Positions 1 to 11,028 of a stretch of 64,000 bases of DNA are shown piece by piece. The notes beneath the pieces were generated by a model that saw only the letters and a program-made list of their open reading frames with translations, was not told the DNA's origin and searched no databases. Positions within the stretch are counted from its first letter, which is position 1. Every line of letters starts with the position of its first letter. The DNA lies in NCBI GenBank assembly GCA_965279525.1, contig CBDIIB010000005.1, positions 1,280,001 to 1,344,000 on the forward strand. Reading direction: 5' to 3'. The DNA comes from Tagaea sp. Lineage in GTDB: Bacteria > Pseudomonadota > Alphaproteobacteria > CACIAM-22H2. Position numbers and translations under genes: made by a program.

Positions 1-1
1 C

Positions 2-436
2 GAACAGCTTTGCGTCGAGAAGGGCCTGAAGATGACCGGCCAGCGCCGGGTCATCGCACGGGTCCTTTCCGAAGCGATGGACCATCCGGATGTCGAGCAG
101 GTCTATCGGCGTGCGGCAGCGATCGATCCGCGCATTTCGATCGCGACGGTCTACCGGACCGTCAAGCTGTTCGAGGAGGCGAACATCCTCGCCCGACTCG
201 ATTTCGGCGACGGGCGCGCACGCTACGAAGAAGCGCCCGAAGAGCATCACGATCACCTGATCGACGTGAAGAGCGGCACGGTGATCGAATTCCACAACGA
301 AGAAATCGAACGCCTCCAGCGCGAGGTGGCCCGTCGGCTCGGCTACGAGCTTGTCGGCCACCGCCTCGAACTGTTCGGCGTTCCGCTTGGTGCCCGCGAG
401 TCCGATCCTCCAGACAAGAAGGAACGATCGCAATGA
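2..436 (+). CDS. fur: Fur-family transcriptional regulator (5' end outside window)
   Basis: Frame open from position 2 (EQLCVEKGLKMTGQRR); ISIATVYRTVKLF HTH and HHDHLID metal motif. Confidence 0.92.
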   Translation, partial: EQLCVEKGLKMTGQRRVIARVLSEAMDHPDVEQVYRRAAAIDPRISIATVYRTVKLFEEANILARLDFGDGRARYEEAPEEHHDHLIDVKSGTVIEFHNEEIERLQREVARRLGYELVGHRLELFGVPLGARESDPPDKKERSQ

Positions 437-1302
437 ACGCTCAGGCACTTCCCAAGACGCAGGCCCAGGATCTCCTGGGCTTCGGCGATGCCCTGCGCTC
501 CGGCAATCTCGAGGTGCGCCTGGCGCGCGACGCCGCCGACATCGATGCGGCCCAGGCGCTGCGCTACCGGGTGTTCTACGACGAACTCGGCGCCCGCCCG
601 TCGGCCGCCGCGAGTGCCACGCGCCGCGACGCGGACCGGTTCGACGCCTATTGCGACCACCTGCTCGTCATCGACCATGCGAAGGGCGAAGGGCCGGATT
701 CGATCGTCGGAACCTACAGGCTGCTGCGCCGGTCGGTCGCCGAGCGCCATGACGGATTCTATACCGCGACGGAATTCGATATCGCCCGCCTGCTTGCCAT
801 ACCGGGCGAGCATCTCGAGCTTGGCCGGTCGTGCGTGGACGCCGAGCACCGCAATCGCCCGACGATGCAGCTCCTGTGGAAGGGCATCGCGGCCTATGTC
901 TTCGCCCACGACATCAAGCTGATGTTCGGCTGCGCCAGCCTGCCGGGCACCGATGCGGCGGCACACGCGGCAGCGCTTTCCTACCTGCATCACAACCATC
1001 TGGCGCCTGAAAACCTGCGTGTGCGCGCCCTGCCGGAACATTGCGTGGCGATGGACATCCTGCCCGCGGGTGCGGGCGGCCACGAGGACGCGATCCGGGC
1101 CTTCGACGCGCGGACCGCGATCGCGGCCCTGCCGCCGCTGATCAAGGGCTATCTGCGCCTCGGCGGGTTCGTCGGCGAAGGTGCGGTAATCGACCGCGAG
1201 TTCAACACCATCGACGTCTGCATCCTCGTCGTCACCGACAGCGTGACGGACAAGTACTTCAAGCACTACAGCCGCCAGGTCGGCGGCACGACGACGGACT
1301 AG
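433..1302 (+). CDS. olsB: GNAT-family ornithine N-acyltransferase (ornithine lipid synthesis)
   Basis: ATGA overlap with fur; LRYRVFYDE, DRFDAYCDHLLV, ELGRSCV, PPLIKGYLRLG motifs. Confidence 0.85.
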   Translation: MNAQALPKTQAQDLLGFGDALRSGNLEVRLARDAADIDAAQALRYRVFYDELGARPSAAASATRRDADRFDAYCDHLLVIDHAKGEGPDSIVGTYRLLRRSVAERHDGFYTATEFDIARLLAIPGEHLELGRSCVDAEHRNRPTMQLLWKGIAAYVFAHDIKLMFGCASLPGTDAAAHAAALSYLHHNHLAPENLRVRALPEHCVAMDILPAGAGGHEDAIRAFDARTAIAALPPLIKGYLRLGGFVGEGAVIDREFNTIDVCILVVTDSVTDKYFKHYSRQVGGTTTD

Positions 1303-1307
1303 GCGCG

Positions 1308-2159
1308 TTGGGCGACATCGGGTCGAGTGCGCTGGCTTTCGTCCGTGCCTGCCTCTACGTGGGCCTGACGTTGCCGTTGATGCCGGTGCAGGCCCTGCTC
1401 GTCGCCCTCGACCTGCCGGCGGCGCGCGCTTTGCCGCGCTGGTATCATGCGCGCTGTGCGGCCCTGTTCGGCCTCGAGATCCGCGTGACGGGCGCGCCGG
1501 CCGCCGCGTCGCCCACGCTGTTCGTCGCCAACCATGTCAGCTATCTCGACATCGTCGTGCTCTCCGCACTTGCCGAGGTCAGCTTCGTCGCCAAGACCGA
1601 GATCGCGGGCTGGCCGTTTTTCGGCTGGCTTGCCAAGTTGCAGCGCACGGTCTTCGTCGCAAGACGCGCGCGCGCGGTCGGCCGCGAGGCCGACGCGCTC
1701 CAGCAGCGCCTGGCGGGCGGCGGCAACATCGTGCTGTTCGCCGAAGGGACCACCGGCGACGGCAACCGCGCGCAGCGCTTCAAGAGCGCGCTCTTTGCCG
1801 CGGCCGAGCCTGCCGCCGGCGGCCCGCCGGTCGCCGTCCAGCCGGTCACGATCGCCTATACGCGGCTCGACGGCATGCCGCTGTGCCGGGCCCTGCGGCC
1901 GGCCGTGGCGTGGTATGGCGACATGGAGCTGCTGCCGCATCTGTGGGCCTTCATCGGTCTCGGACGGATCGGGGTCGAGGTGATCTTCCACGCGCCGACG
2001 TCGCTGGCAGCGGCAGGGTCCCGCAAGCATCTGGCGCAGCACTGCGAACGCGTGATCGGCCATTCGCTGGCCGCGGCCAATGCCGGGCGCGAAACGCCGT
2101 CCGTGCCGGCCCTCGAGGCCCCTGGCGGGGGCGGCTTGAAGCTCGCGGGGCCGGGGTGA
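1308..2159 (+). CDS. olsA: PlsC-like acyltransferase (lyso-ornithine lipid O-acyltransferase)
   Basis: NHVSYLD (HX4D) and FAEGTT motifs; directly after olsB; TTG start inferred. Confidence 0.78.
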   Translation: MGDIGSSALAFVRACLYVGLTLPLMPVQALLVALDLPAARALPRWYHARCAALFGLEIRVTGAPAAASPTLFVANHVSYLDIVVLSALAEVSFVAKTEIAGWPFFGWLAKLQRTVFVARRARAVGREADALQQRLAGGGNIVLFAEGTTGDGNRAQRFKSALFAAAEPAAGGPPVAVQPVTIAYTRLDGMPLCRALRPAVAWYGDMELLPHLWAFIGLGRIGVEVIFHAPTSLAAAGSRKHLAQHCERVIGHSLAAANAGRETPSVPALEAPGGGGLKLAGPG

Positions 2160-2187
2160 TAGATTCCACCATGGGTCGCCGAACCGC

Positions 2188-3525
2188 GTGAAGAAACTCC
2201 ACATCAAGACTTACGGCTGCCAGATGAACGTCTACGACTCCGCCCGCATGGCGGATGTCCTGGCGCCGCTGGGCTATGCGCCGGTCGACATGCCCGAAGG
2301 CGCCGACCTCGTCATTCTCAACACGTGCCATATCCGCGAGAAGGCCTCCGAAAAGGTGTTCTCCGAGCTTGGCCGGCTGCGCCCGCTCAAGGAGCGCGAC
2401 GGTACGATGCTGGCGGTGGCCGGCTGCGTGGCGCAGGCCGAGGGTGCCGAAATCCTCGCGCGCGCCCCCTATGTCGACGTGGTGCTCGGCCCCCAGGCCT
2501 ATCACCGGCTGCCCGAACTGATCGCGCGCGCGGCGCGGGGTACCGGTACGGCCCTCGATACGGATTTTCCCGTCGACGTGAAGTTCGACCACCTGCCGTC
2601 GCCCTCGTCCAACCAGGGACCGGCGGCGTTCCTGACCGTGCAGGAAGGCTGCGACAAGTTCTGCACCTTCTGCGTCGTGCCCTATACCCGCGGCGCCGAA
2701 TATTCGCGGCCGGCCGACGCGATCGAGCGCGAGGCGCGCACGCTCGTGGAAGGGGGTGCACGCGAGATCACGCTGCTCGGCCAGAACGTCAACGCCTGGC
2801 ACGGCCGCGACGGCGAAGACCTCGGCAGTCTTGTGCGCCGGCTGGCACGCCTCGAAGGGCTCGAACGGCTGCGTTACACGACCTCCCATCCGCGCGACAT
2901 GAATGACGGCCTGATCGAAGCGCATGCCGAGGAACCCAAGCTGATGCCGTTCCTGCACCTGCCCGTGCAGTCCGGCTCCGACACGGTGCTCGACGCGATG
3001 AACCGCGGCCATACCGTCGATCGGTTCCTCGACATCGTCGCGCGGCTGCGTGCGGCGCGGCGCGACCTCGCATTCTCGAGCGATTTCATCGTCGGGTTCC
3101 CGGGCGAGAGCGACGCCGACTTCGCGCGCACGCTCGATCTCGTGCGCGAAGTGAAGTTCGCGCAAGCCTATTCCTTCAAGTATTCCCCGCGCCCCGGCAC
3201 GCCCGCCGCCCTCATCGAGCGCCAGGTTCCCGAGCCGGTCAAGGACGCGCGCCTGGCCGAACTTCAGGCACTGCTGAAGATCCAGCAGGACGAGTTCAAC
3301 GCGGCCACGCTCGGCCGGACCGTTCCGGTCCTCTACGAGCGCGCGGGCCGCAATGCCGGCCAGCTCGTCGGCAAGACGCCCTGGCTTCAGGCCGTGCATG
3401 CGCTGGCACCCGCCGGTTTCGCCGGCCGGGTCCTTGCAACGAAGATCACGACGCTCGCGCCCAACTCGCTGTCGGGGACGATCGTCGATTCGCAACTCGA
3501 CGGCGGCGAAAGGCGGTCGGCTTGA
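2188..3525 (+). CDS. miaB: tRNA i6A37 methylthiotransferase
   Basis: [28 protein letters not shown] radical-SAM motif. Confidence 0.96.
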   Translation: MKKLHIKTYGCQMNVYDSARMADVLAPLGYAPVDMPEGADLVILNTCHIREKASEKVFSELGRLRPLKERDGTMLAVAGCVAQAEGAEILARAPYVDVVLGPQAYHRLPELIARAARGTGTALDTDFPVDVKFDHLPSPSSNQGPAAFLTVQEGCDKFCTFCVVPYTRGAEYSRPADAIEREARTLVEGGAREITLLGQNVNAWHGRDGEDLGSLVRRLARLEGLERLRYTTSHPRDMNDGLIEAHAEEPKLMPFLHLPVQSGSDTVLDAMNRGHTVDRFLDIVARLRAARRDLAFSSDFIVGFPGESDADFARTLDLVREVKFAQAYSFKYSPRPGTPAALIERQVPEPVKDARLAELQALLKIQQDEFNAATLGRTVPVLYERAGRNAGQLVGKTPWLQAVHALAPAGFAGRVLATKITTLAPNSLSGTIVDSQLDGGERRSA

Positions 3526-4502
3526 GCGGTCCCATCCTCCTGGCCTTCGACGACACCACGCTTCTGTCCCCGCTCTACGGCGAGCACGACAGGCATCTTG
3601 CGCGCATCGAGCAGCTGCTCGGCGTCAACATCGCCTCGCGGGGCAACCAGGTCCGGATCCAGGGGCCGCATTCGGCCGCCGAGTCGGCGCGCGACGCGCT
3701 GACCTCGCTCTACGGGAAACTGCGCAAGGGCATGACCGTCGATCTTGGCGAAGTGGAGGCGGCCGTGCGTCTTTGCACGCCGGCGACCGGCGAGACCGGG
3801 CTCGACCTGTTCGGCGCCGAGGATCTCGCGATCACGACGCGCAAGCGTCGCGTGGCGCCCCGCACGGCGAACCAGGGCGCCTATCTGAAGGCGCTCAAGA
3901 CCAACGAGCTCGTCTTCGGCATCGGCCCGGCGGGTACGGGCAAGACGTACCTTGCCGTCGCGATGGCGGTCGATGCGCTCACCTCGGGCAAGGTCGACCG
4001 CATCATCCTGTCGCGTCCGGCGGTCGAGGCGGGCGAGCGGCTCGGCTTCCTGCCCGGAGACCTTCGCGAGAAGGTCGATCCCTATCTGCGCCCGCTCTAC
4101 GACGCGCTCTACGACATGCTGCCGGGCGAACAGGTGACCAAGCGCCTCGCCACCGGCGAGATCGAGATCGCCCCGCTTGCCTTCATGCGCGGGCGCACGC
4201 TTGCCAACGCCTTCGCCATCCTCGACGAGGCGCAGAACACCACGCCCATGCAGATGAAGATGTTTCTCACGCGCCTGGGCGAGGGCAGCCGCATGGTCGT
4301 GACGGGCGATCTCAGCCAGATCGATCTGCCGGCGGGCACGCGCTCGGGCCTTGCCGACGCGCTGGAAGCGCTCGACGGCGTGCGGGGCATCGGGCTCGTG
4401 CGCTTCAACAGCGTGGACGTCGTGCGCCATCCGCTCGTCGCCAAGATCGTCGACGCCTACGACGCGCGCGACGGTGCGGGCGTGGACAAGCGCCGGCCAT
4501 GA
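3522..4502 (+). CDS. phoH: PhoH-family ATPase
   Basis: [32 protein letters not shown] motifs; miaB-phoH-ybeY synteny. Confidence 0.95.
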   Translation: MSGPILLAFDDTTLLSPLYGEHDRHLARIEQLLGVNIASRGNQVRIQGPHSAAESARDALTSLYGKLRKGMTVDLGEVEAAVRLCTPATGETGLDLFGAEDLAITTRKRRVAPRTANQGAYLKALKTNELVFGIGPAGTGKTYLAVAMAVDALTSGKVDRIILSRPAVEAGERLGFLPGDLREKVDPYLRPLYDALYDMLPGEQVTKRLATGEIEIAPLAFMRGRTLANAFAILDEAQNTTPMQMKMFLTRLGEGSRMVVTGDLSQIDLPAGTRSGLADALEALDGVRGIGLVRFNSVDVVRHPLVAKIVDAYDARDGAGVDKRRP

Positions 4503-4957
4503 ACGCGAACATCCGCGTCGACATCCTCGATCCGCGCTGGCGCCGCCGCCTGCATCAGGCCGAAGCGCTGGTACGCGGCGGTGCACGCGCCGCCCTCGAC
4601 GGCCGTCGCGACGCCGGCACGGTGACGTTCGCTCTGGGCGACGACGCCCTGCTGCGCCAGCTCAACCGCGACTTCCGCGGCAAGGACAAGCCGACAAACG
4701 TGCTGTCGTTCCCGGGCGATGAAGCCGGCGCTCTGGGCGACGTGGCGCTGGCCTTCGAGACCTGCGCGCGAGAAGCGCGAGCACAGCGCAAGGACCTTGG
4801 CGCACACGTGCGCCATCTGGTCGTGCACGGGACGCTGCATCTGCTGGGCTACGACCACGAGACGGACGCCGACGCCTTCGCCATGGAGGCGCGCGAACGA
4901 CGCGTGCTGCGCCGGCTGGGCGTTGCGGATCCCTATCGCGTGCGGGGGGCGGCATGA
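4499..4957 (+). CDS. ybeY: rRNA maturation endoribonuclease YbeY
   Basis: LNRDFRGKDKPTNVLSF and HGTLHLLGYDH motifs; ATGA overlap with phoH. Confidence 0.95.
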   Translation: MNANIRVDILDPRWRRRLHQAEALVRGGARAALDGRRDAGTVTFALGDDALLRQLNRDFRGKDKPTNVLSFPGDEAGALGDVALAFETCAREARAQRKDLGAHVRHLVVHGTLHLLGYDHETDADAFAMEARERRVLRRLGVADPYRVRGAA

Positions 4958-5844
4958 ACGATTCGGACACCACTTTCACCGACAAGCTGCGCGGGCGCCT
5001 GCGCGACATGCTGCGGCCGAAGGGCCGGGCGGCCGAAGAGCAGCTTCGCGACACCATCGAGGAGATCATCGAAGAAGGCGAAGCGCCCGCCGAACCGATG
5101 GGTGCGGCCGAGCGCGCGATCCTCGCCAACGTGCTGCGGCTGCGCGAGGTGTCGGCTGCCGACGTGATGGTGCCGCGCGCCGACATCGTGGCGGTGGACC
5201 AGGGGATCGGGCTCGAGGCGCTGGTCGCGTTTCTCGTGCGCGAGGCCCACAGCCGGGTCCCCGTCTACCGCGATACGCTCGACGAGGTGCAGGGCTTCGT
5301 CCACGTCAAGGACGTGCTGCGCATCCAGCAGTCGGGTACCCCCTTCAAGATCGCCGACATCCTGCGCCGCGTGCTGTTCGTGGCCCCGTCGATGCGCGTG
5401 CTCGACCTGCTGCTCGAGATGCGCAAGAGCCGCACGCACCTCGCCCTCGTCGTGGACGAGTACGGCGGCATCGACGGCCTCGTGACCATCGAGGACGTCG
5501 TCGAGGCGATCGTCGGCGACATCGAGGACGAGCACGACGTCGACGACCGGCCGCGCCTGCAGAAGCTGCCCGACGGCAGCTACCAGATCGACGCGCGCGT
5601 CCCGATCGAGGAGTTCGAGGCGCAGACCGGGATCTCGCTCGAGGACGCCGCCCGCGACGCCGACATCGACACGGTCGGCGGTGCGGTCGTGGCGCTGTCG
5701 GGCCGCGTGCCCGGCCGCGGCGAGATCGTCACGCATCCGGCAGGCTGCGAGTTCGAGGTGATCGACGCCGATCCGCGACGGCTCAAGAAGCTCCGGGCAC
5801 GCCGGGTCGAACCGCGCCGCCCGTCCGACGATCCATCCGGCTAG
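4954..5844 (+). CDS. corC: HlyC/CorC-family CBS-domain protein
   Basis: DVMVPRADI, HSRVPVY, VVDEYGGIDGLVTIED; C-terminal CorC domain. Confidence 0.9.
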   Translation: MNDSDTTFTDKLRGRLRDMLRPKGRAAEEQLRDTIEEIIEEGEAPAEPMGAAERAILANVLRLREVSAADVMVPRADIVAVDQGIGLEALVAFLVREAHSRVPVYRDTLDEVQGFVHVKDVLRIQQSGTPFKIADILRRVLFVAPSMRVLDLLLEMRKSRTHLALVVDEYGGIDGLVTIEDVVEAIVGDIEDEHDVDDRPRLQKLPDGSYQIDARVPIEEFEAQTGISLEDAARDADIDTVGGAVVALSGRVPGRGEIVTHPAGCEFEVIDADPRRLKKLRARRVEPRRPSDDPSG

Positions 5845-5856
5845 GCATCCCGCGCG

Positions 5857-7434
5857 ATGGGCCTTCCTGAAATCGCGGCGCATGTGCGTGCGCTGGCCGG
5901 CCGTCGTCGCGTCGCGGTCGCGATCCTGCTTGGTGCGGGTGCCGCACTTGCCCTTCCGCCGCTTCACCTGCTGCCGCTCGCGGTCGTCGGGTTCTCGGGT
6001 CTCGTCTGGCTGATCGAAGGTGCCGCCACGAGCGCGCGCCGGCCCGGACTGGCCGTTTTTCTCGTCGGCTGGTGGTTCGGCTTCGGGCATTTCTCGGTCG
6101 GGCTCTACTGGGTCGCCAACGCGTTGCTGATCGAATGGCAGCGCGTGGGGTGGATGATCCCGTTCGCGGTGTTCGGCCTGGCGGGCGTGCTTGGCGTGTT
6201 CGCCGGACTGGCGACGCTGGGCGTGCGCGCGAGCCGGTCGCGTGGCGTGACGGGCATCTGCGCGCTGGCCGTCGCCTGGGCGCTGGGGGAATGGCTGCGC
6301 GGACATGTGCTGACCGGATTTCCGTGGAACCTGACGGCGACGATGTGGGTCGAAAGCGCGCCCATGATCCAGGGGGCGGCCCTGTTCGGCGCGTACGGCC
6401 TGTCGGCGCTGAGCGTGCTGGTCTGCGCGCTGCCCGCGACCCTGGCGTCTTCCGACCGGCGCTTGCGCTGGCTGCCGACATCGGCAGCCGCCGTCCTGCT
6501 TGCGGCCGGCTGGGGTGCGGGAAGTTACCGGCTTGCCGGTGCGGGCAGCGAGAATGTCGCCGACGTGCGGCTGCGGCTGGTCCAGCCCAACGTGCCGCAG
6601 GCGCTGAAATGGGATCCCGACGCGCGCGAGGCGAACCTGCGCCGGATCATCGAACTCACGCGCGCACCGGGCTTCGAGACGCGGACCCACACGATCTGGT
6701 CGGAAACGGCGACCGCCTTTCCGATCTGGGGCGACAACGAGACGCTCGCCCGCCGGCGCGCGCAGGTCGCGGCCGCCGTTCCCCCGGGCGGGATGCTCGT
6801 CACCGGGGCACCGCGGTTCGAGCGTGCGGCCGACGGCACGCTAAGGGCATGGAACTCGCTGCATGCGATGGATGGCGACGGCGTCATCCACGCGACGTTC
6901 GACAAGTTCCATCTCGTGCCGTTCGGCGAATACGTGCCGTTCCGCGATTTCCTGCCGATCGACCGGATCGTGCCGGGCGGCATCGATTTCAGCGCCGGTC
7001 CGGGGCCGCAGCTCGTCGCGATCCGCGGCCTGCCGCTTGCCAGTCCGCTGATCTGCTACGAGGTCATCTTCCCTGGCCGGGTCGTTCCGGACGGCGGGCG
7101 CGCCGAGATGCTTCTCAACCTCACGAACGATTCCTGGTTCGGCCAGTCGGCAGGTCCCTACCAGCATTTCGCCGCCGCCCGTCTGCGTGCGGTCGAAGAG
7201 GGGCTCGCACTCGTGCGGTCGGCCGGCGGCGGGATCTCGGCCGTCGTCGATCCCTACGGGCGGACGCGCGCGGCGCTGGCGCTTGGCGACACCGGCGTGC
7301 TCGATGCCGACCTGCCGAGGTCGATTATGCCGACCCCGTTTGCACATCTTGGGAATGTAGCCCTGTTTCTCCTGCTATTGGCGATTGCGGCGATCGGCTT
7401 CATGGTTGCAAGGATTTCGAACCGTCGGACATAA
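5857..7434 (+). CDS. lnt: apolipoprotein N-acyltransferase
   Basis: Multiple TM segments; GFPWN, KFHLVPFGEYVP, ICYEVIF, TNDSWFG. Confidence 0.95.
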   Translation: MGLPEIAAHVRALAGRRRVAVAILLGAGAALALPPLHLLPLAVVGFSGLVWLIEGAATSARRPGLAVFLVGWWFGFGHFSVGLYWVANALLIEWQRVGWMIPFAVFGLAGVLGVFAGLATLGVRASRSRGVTGICALAVAWALGEWLRGHVLTGFPWNLTATMWVESAPMIQGAALFGAYGLSALSVLVCALPATLASSDRRLRWLPTSAAAVLLAAGWGAGSYRLAGAGSENVADVRLRLVQPNVPQALKWDPDAREANLRRIIELTRAPGFETRTHTIWSETATAFPIWGDNETLARRRAQVAAAVPPGGMLVTGAPRFERAADGTLRAWNSLHAMDGDGVIHATFDKFHLVPFGEYVPFRDFLPIDRIVPGGIDFSAGPGPQLVAIRGLPLASPLICYEVIFPGRVVPDGGRAEMLLNLTNDSWFGQSAGPYQHFAAARLRAVEEGLALVRSAGGGISAVVDPYGRTRAALALGDTGVLDADLPRSIMPTPFAHLGNVALFLLLLAIAAIGFMVARISNRRT

Positions 7435-7535
7435 TATCGTATGTAGTCTTGCCGATCGCGGCTTCCCCAAGCGGCAGCGGTTCGATTACAACAAATCGGA
7501 CAGGAACGCGTTTTCCGGATCGGATCATCCACCCC

Positions 7536-8060
7536 ATGGCTGAAAAGCAAAGGGCCAACCCGCCGGGTCGCCGTGGACGACGGGGACGTGCATCTCCGGG
7601 CCCCAATCCCATCGATATCCATGTCGGCAAGCGGCTGCGAGAGCGGCGTACGATGCTGGGACTGTCCCAGCAGGAAATCGGCCAGCTTCTCGGCGTCACG
7701 TTCCAGCAGATCCAGAAGAATGAACGCGGCACCAACCGCATGTCCGCTTCCCGCCTTTTCGAAGCGGCCCGGGTCCTCGACACCAGCGTCCAGTTTTTCT
7801 TCGAGGAAATGCCGGCCGACGTGCTGTCGTACGGCCGCAAGCATGTCCATGGCGTTGCCGAGGGTCCGATCCCGGTTTACCGCGCCGATCCGATGGCGCG
7901 GCGCGAGACGATCGAGCTGGTGCGCGCCTATTACGAGATCCCGGAACGCAAGATCCGCCTCCAGATGGTCAACACGATCCGGGCCGTCGCGCGTGTCCAC
8001 GGGGAGCCGGGCGGTACCGCGCGGCCGCGGCGCGGCCGGCCGCCCAAGCAGAAGTCCTAA
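7536..8060 (+). CDS. XRE-family HTH transcriptional regulator
   Basis: [16 protein letters not shown]...[23 protein letters not shown]; usual lnt-XRE-metK position in alphaproteobacteria. Confidence 0.9.
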   Translation: MAEKQRANPPGRRGRRGRASPGPNPIDIHVGKRLRERRTMLGLSQQEIGQLLGVTFQQIQKNERGTNRMSASRLFEAARVLDTSVQFFFEEMPADVLSYGRKHVHGVAEGPIPVYRADPMARRETIELVRAYYEIPERKIRLQMVNTIRAVARVHGEPGGTARPRRGRPPKQKS

Positions 8061-8083
8061 TTGGCGGCCTGAACCGTTCGATA

Positions 8084-8112
8084 TTGACGGCAGGGGCGAA
8101 CCTTGCCACAAG
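8084..8112 (+). promoter_or_regulatory. candidate sigma70 promoter for metK
   Basis: TTGACG-17 nt-CACAAG (weak -10). Confidence 0.45.
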
Positions 8113-8241
8113 ACCCCCCTCATTCGGGCCTGCCCCGGACGCCCCGAGGAATGGCGGACCGGGCAGGCGCGTTCAAAAAGGCCCACCGTCGGCGGCCGTC
8201 CCCGTTCCGCCCCCAGATGTCCCATTTTCGGAGGTAAGCCC

Positions 8242-9456
8242 ATGCGCAAGGGCGAGTACGTCTTCACCAGCGAGTCCGTGTCCGAAGGCCACCCCGACAA
8301 GGTCTCCGACCGCATTTCCGACGCCGTCGTCGACGCGTTCCTCGGACTCGACCCGTATGCCCGCGTCGCCTGCGAGACGCTGGTGACGACCAACCGGATC
8401 GTCATCGCCGGCGAGGTCCGCCTCGATTCGCGCAAGTGCGGGCCGAAGGCCCCGATGCTCAAGGGCGGCAAGGTCAACGCCAAGGTCGTCGAAGCGCTCG
8501 CGCGCGGCGCCGTGCGCGAGATCGGCTACGAGCAGAAGGGCTTCCACTGGAAGAAGGCAAAGGTCGAAGTGCTGCTGCACGGCCAGTCGGCCGACATCGC
8601 GATGGGCGTCGACGCCAAGGGCAACAAGGACGAAGGCGCCGGCGACCAGGGCATCATGTTCGGCTACGCGACGAACGAGACCGAAGAGCTGATGCCGGCC
8701 CCGCTGCAGTATTCGCACAACATCCTGAAACTGATGGCCGAGGCGCGCCATTCGGGCAAGGAGAAGTATCTCGAGCCCGACGCGAAGAGCCAGGTCTCGC
8801 TGCGTTACGTCAACGGCAAGCCGGTCGAGGCGACCGCAATCGTCGTGTCGACGCAGCATTCGCCGAAGGTCGACCAGGACGACGTGCGCGAGATCGTGCG
8901 CCCCTACGTCCAGAAGGTGCTGCCCAAGGGCTGGCGCATTCCGGAGACCGAGTTCTACGTGAACCCGACCGGCAACTTCGTCATCGGCGGCCCGGACGGC
9001 GATTGCGGCCTCACGGGGCGCAAGATCATCGTCGACACCTACGGCGGTGCCTCGCCGCACGGCGGCGGCGCCTTCTCGGGCAAGGATCCGACGAAGGTCG
9101 ACCGTTCGGCCGCCTATGTGGCTCGCTATCTCGCCAAGAACGTCGTCGCGGCCGGCCTTGCCGACCGCTGCACGATCCAGCTCTCCTACGCCATCGGCGT
9201 GGCGAAGCCCCTCTCGGTCTACGTCAACACCGACAACACCGGCCAGGCGGACGAGAACAAGCTCTCCAAGGTGCTGCAGGAGCTCGTGAACCTCACGCCG
9301 CGCGGCATCCGCGAGCATCTGGGCCTCAACCGCCCGATCTACCGCCGCACTTCCAGCTACGGCCATTTCGGCCGCAAGCCGGAGAAGGACGGCGGCTTCT
9401 CGTGGGAGCGTACGGATCTGGTCAAGGAACTGCGCTCGGCCTTCGGCGCGCGTTGA
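8242..9456 (+). CDS. metK: S-adenosylmethionine synthetase
   Basis: [35 protein letters not shown]; GGAGG SD. Confidence 0.98.
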   Translation: MRKGEYVFTSESVSEGHPDKVSDRISDAVVDAFLGLDPYARVACETLVTTNRIVIAGEVRLDSRKCGPKAPMLKGGKVNAKVVEALARGAVREIGYEQKGFHWKKAKVEVLLHGQSADIAMGVDAKGNKDEGAGDQGIMFGYATNETEELMPAPLQYSHNILKLMAEARHSGKEKYLEPDAKSQVSLRYVNGKPVEATAIVVSTQHSPKVDQDDVREIVRPYVQKVLPKGWRIPETEFYVNPTGNFVIGGPDGDCGLTGRKIIVDTYGGASPHGGGAFSGKDPTKVDRSAAYVARYLAKNVVAAGLADRCTIQLSYAIGVAKPLSVYVNTDNTGQADENKLSKVLQELVNLTPRGIREHLGLNRPIYRRTSSYGHFGRKPEKDGGFSWERTDLVKELRSAFGAR

Positions 9457-10184
9457 ACGCGCCTTCGGACGAGACCGGAAATGGCGAGGCGCCGGGCGAA
9501 CCCCGGCGCCTTCTCCATTCCTACGGCCGGCGGCGCGGCCGCAAGCTCAAGCCCAACCAGCAGACGCTGATCGAAGGCCGGCTTCCCGGCCTGTCGATCG
9601 CGCGGCCGGCACCGGGTGCAATGTTCGATATCCCGGCGCTGTTCGGCTTTCGCCCGCGCGCCCTCTGGCTCGAGATCGGCTTCGGCGGCGGCGAGCATCT
9701 TGCCCACCAGGCGGCGAACAATCCCGATGTGGCGCTGGTCGGCGCCGAGCCGTTCGTCAACGGGATGGTCTCCGCACTCCAGCACATCGAGGCGCGGGGC
9801 CTTGGCAATGTCCGCCTCTATCAGGGCGACGCGCGCGAGATCATGCCGGCCTTCGCCGACCGATCGCTGGAGAAACTCTTCGTGCTGCATCCCGATCCGT
9901 GGCCCAAGCAGCGCCACCACAAACGCCGGCTGATCCAGGCCGCGTTCCTCGACGAGGCGGCGCGTCTGCTGCTTCCCGGCGGCGAGCTGCGCCTTGCCAC
10001 CGACGACGAGCCCTACCTGCTATGGATGCTCGAACGCGTGCCCGTGCATCCGGCGTTCGAGTGGACCGCGCGCGCGGCCGACGACTGGCGCCTCTATCCG
10101 CCCGACGCGATCGAGACGCGCTATGCCGCCAAGGCGCTGCGCGAAGGCCGCAAGCCGACGATCCTGCGCTTCAGGCGGCGATAG
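9453..10184 (+). CDS. trmB: tRNA (guanine-N7)-methyltransferase
   Basis: [24 protein letters not shown]; start (TTG overlapping metK stop) uncertain. Confidence 0.92.
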   Translation: MNAPSDETGNGEAPGEPRRLLHSYGRRRGRKLKPNQQTLIEGRLPGLSIARPAPGAMFDIPALFGFRPRALWLEIGFGGGEHLAHQAANNPDVALVGAEPFVNGMVSALQHIEARGLGNVRLYQGDAREIMPAFADRSLEKLFVLHPDPWPKQRHHKRRLIQAAFLDEAARLLLPGGELRLATDDEPYLLWMLERVPVHPAFEWTARAADDWRLYPPDAIETRYAAKALREGRKPTILRFRRR

Positions 10185-10188
10185 GCGG

Positions 10189-10908
10189 TCACGCCGACGC
10201 GGCAACGGCCTTGAGCGCGTCGAGCAGTGCGCCGGCCGAGGACAGGTGGTAGCGCGCACCCGCGTGCGCCGTGCCGACAGAAACCCCGAACCCGCCACCC
10301 GCCTCCGCGGCGCGAAAGCCGTCGGTGTCGGGCGTATCGTTGCCAATGTAGACGGGCCGACGGCCCTCGAACGGCTCGAACAGGGCGGCGCCTGTCAGCA
10401 CCTTTCCCTTGCTGACATCGGCCGGCCGCAATTCGACCGCATCGCGCGCAACGACGCAGGCCAGCCTGCCGTCCGAACCGGCAGCCAGGGCATGCATGCC
10501 GGCGAGGAGGGAAGGAAAGTCAGGATGGGCGTGCGGCAGGTGAAGCGCCACGGTGGGGTCCTTTGCCTCGACCAGCGCATCGCCGCAGCGCCGCGCCAGA
10601 TCGGTGCAGCGTGCCAGCAAGGTCGGGTAGTCGGCCACGTCGACGCGCACGTCGTCGAAGTCGGGACTGAGGAAGCGGATTTCTGCGCCGTACTGGCCGG
10701 CGACGGGCAGGCGCAAGGCCAGCGCCTCGTCGATCCGCGCGATCGGACGACCACTGACGATCATCGTGGCGCCGCGCGTTGCGAGCGAGAGCCGGCGCAG
10801 CACGTCGCGCACGCGCGCGTCGGCGCGGGACCCGTCGGGCGCGGGCGTCGTTTCGATCAGCGTTCCATCGAGATCGAGGAAGAACGCGTCGCGATGCGTG
10901 GCATCCAT
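10189..10908 (-). CDS. otsB: trehalose-6-phosphate phosphatase-like HAD hydrolase
   Basis: FLDLDGTL, VSGR, ELRPADVSKG; motif IV reads GNDTPDTDGF. Confidence 0.75.
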   Translation of the reverse strand: MDATHRDAFFLDLDGTLIETTPAPDGSRADARVRDVLRRLSLATRGATMIVSGRPIARIDEALALRLPVAGQYGAEIRFLSPDFDDVRVDVADYPTLLARCTDLARRCGDALVEAKDPTVALHLPHAHPDFPSLLAGMHALAAGSDGRLACVVARDAVELRPADVSKGKVLTGAALFEPFEGRRPVYIGNDTPDTDGFRAAEAGGGFGVSVGTAHAGARYHLSSAGALLDALKAVAASA

Positions 10909-11028
10909 GACTGCCTCCGGGTTCGAAGCCGCGGAAGCGTCCTTGCTGCCGGATGAATGTGACCAGAATGGGGAGCCGTCCGGCGCACGTGCCATACGCG
11001 CGCCGCAATCGAGATTCGCTAAATAGAA

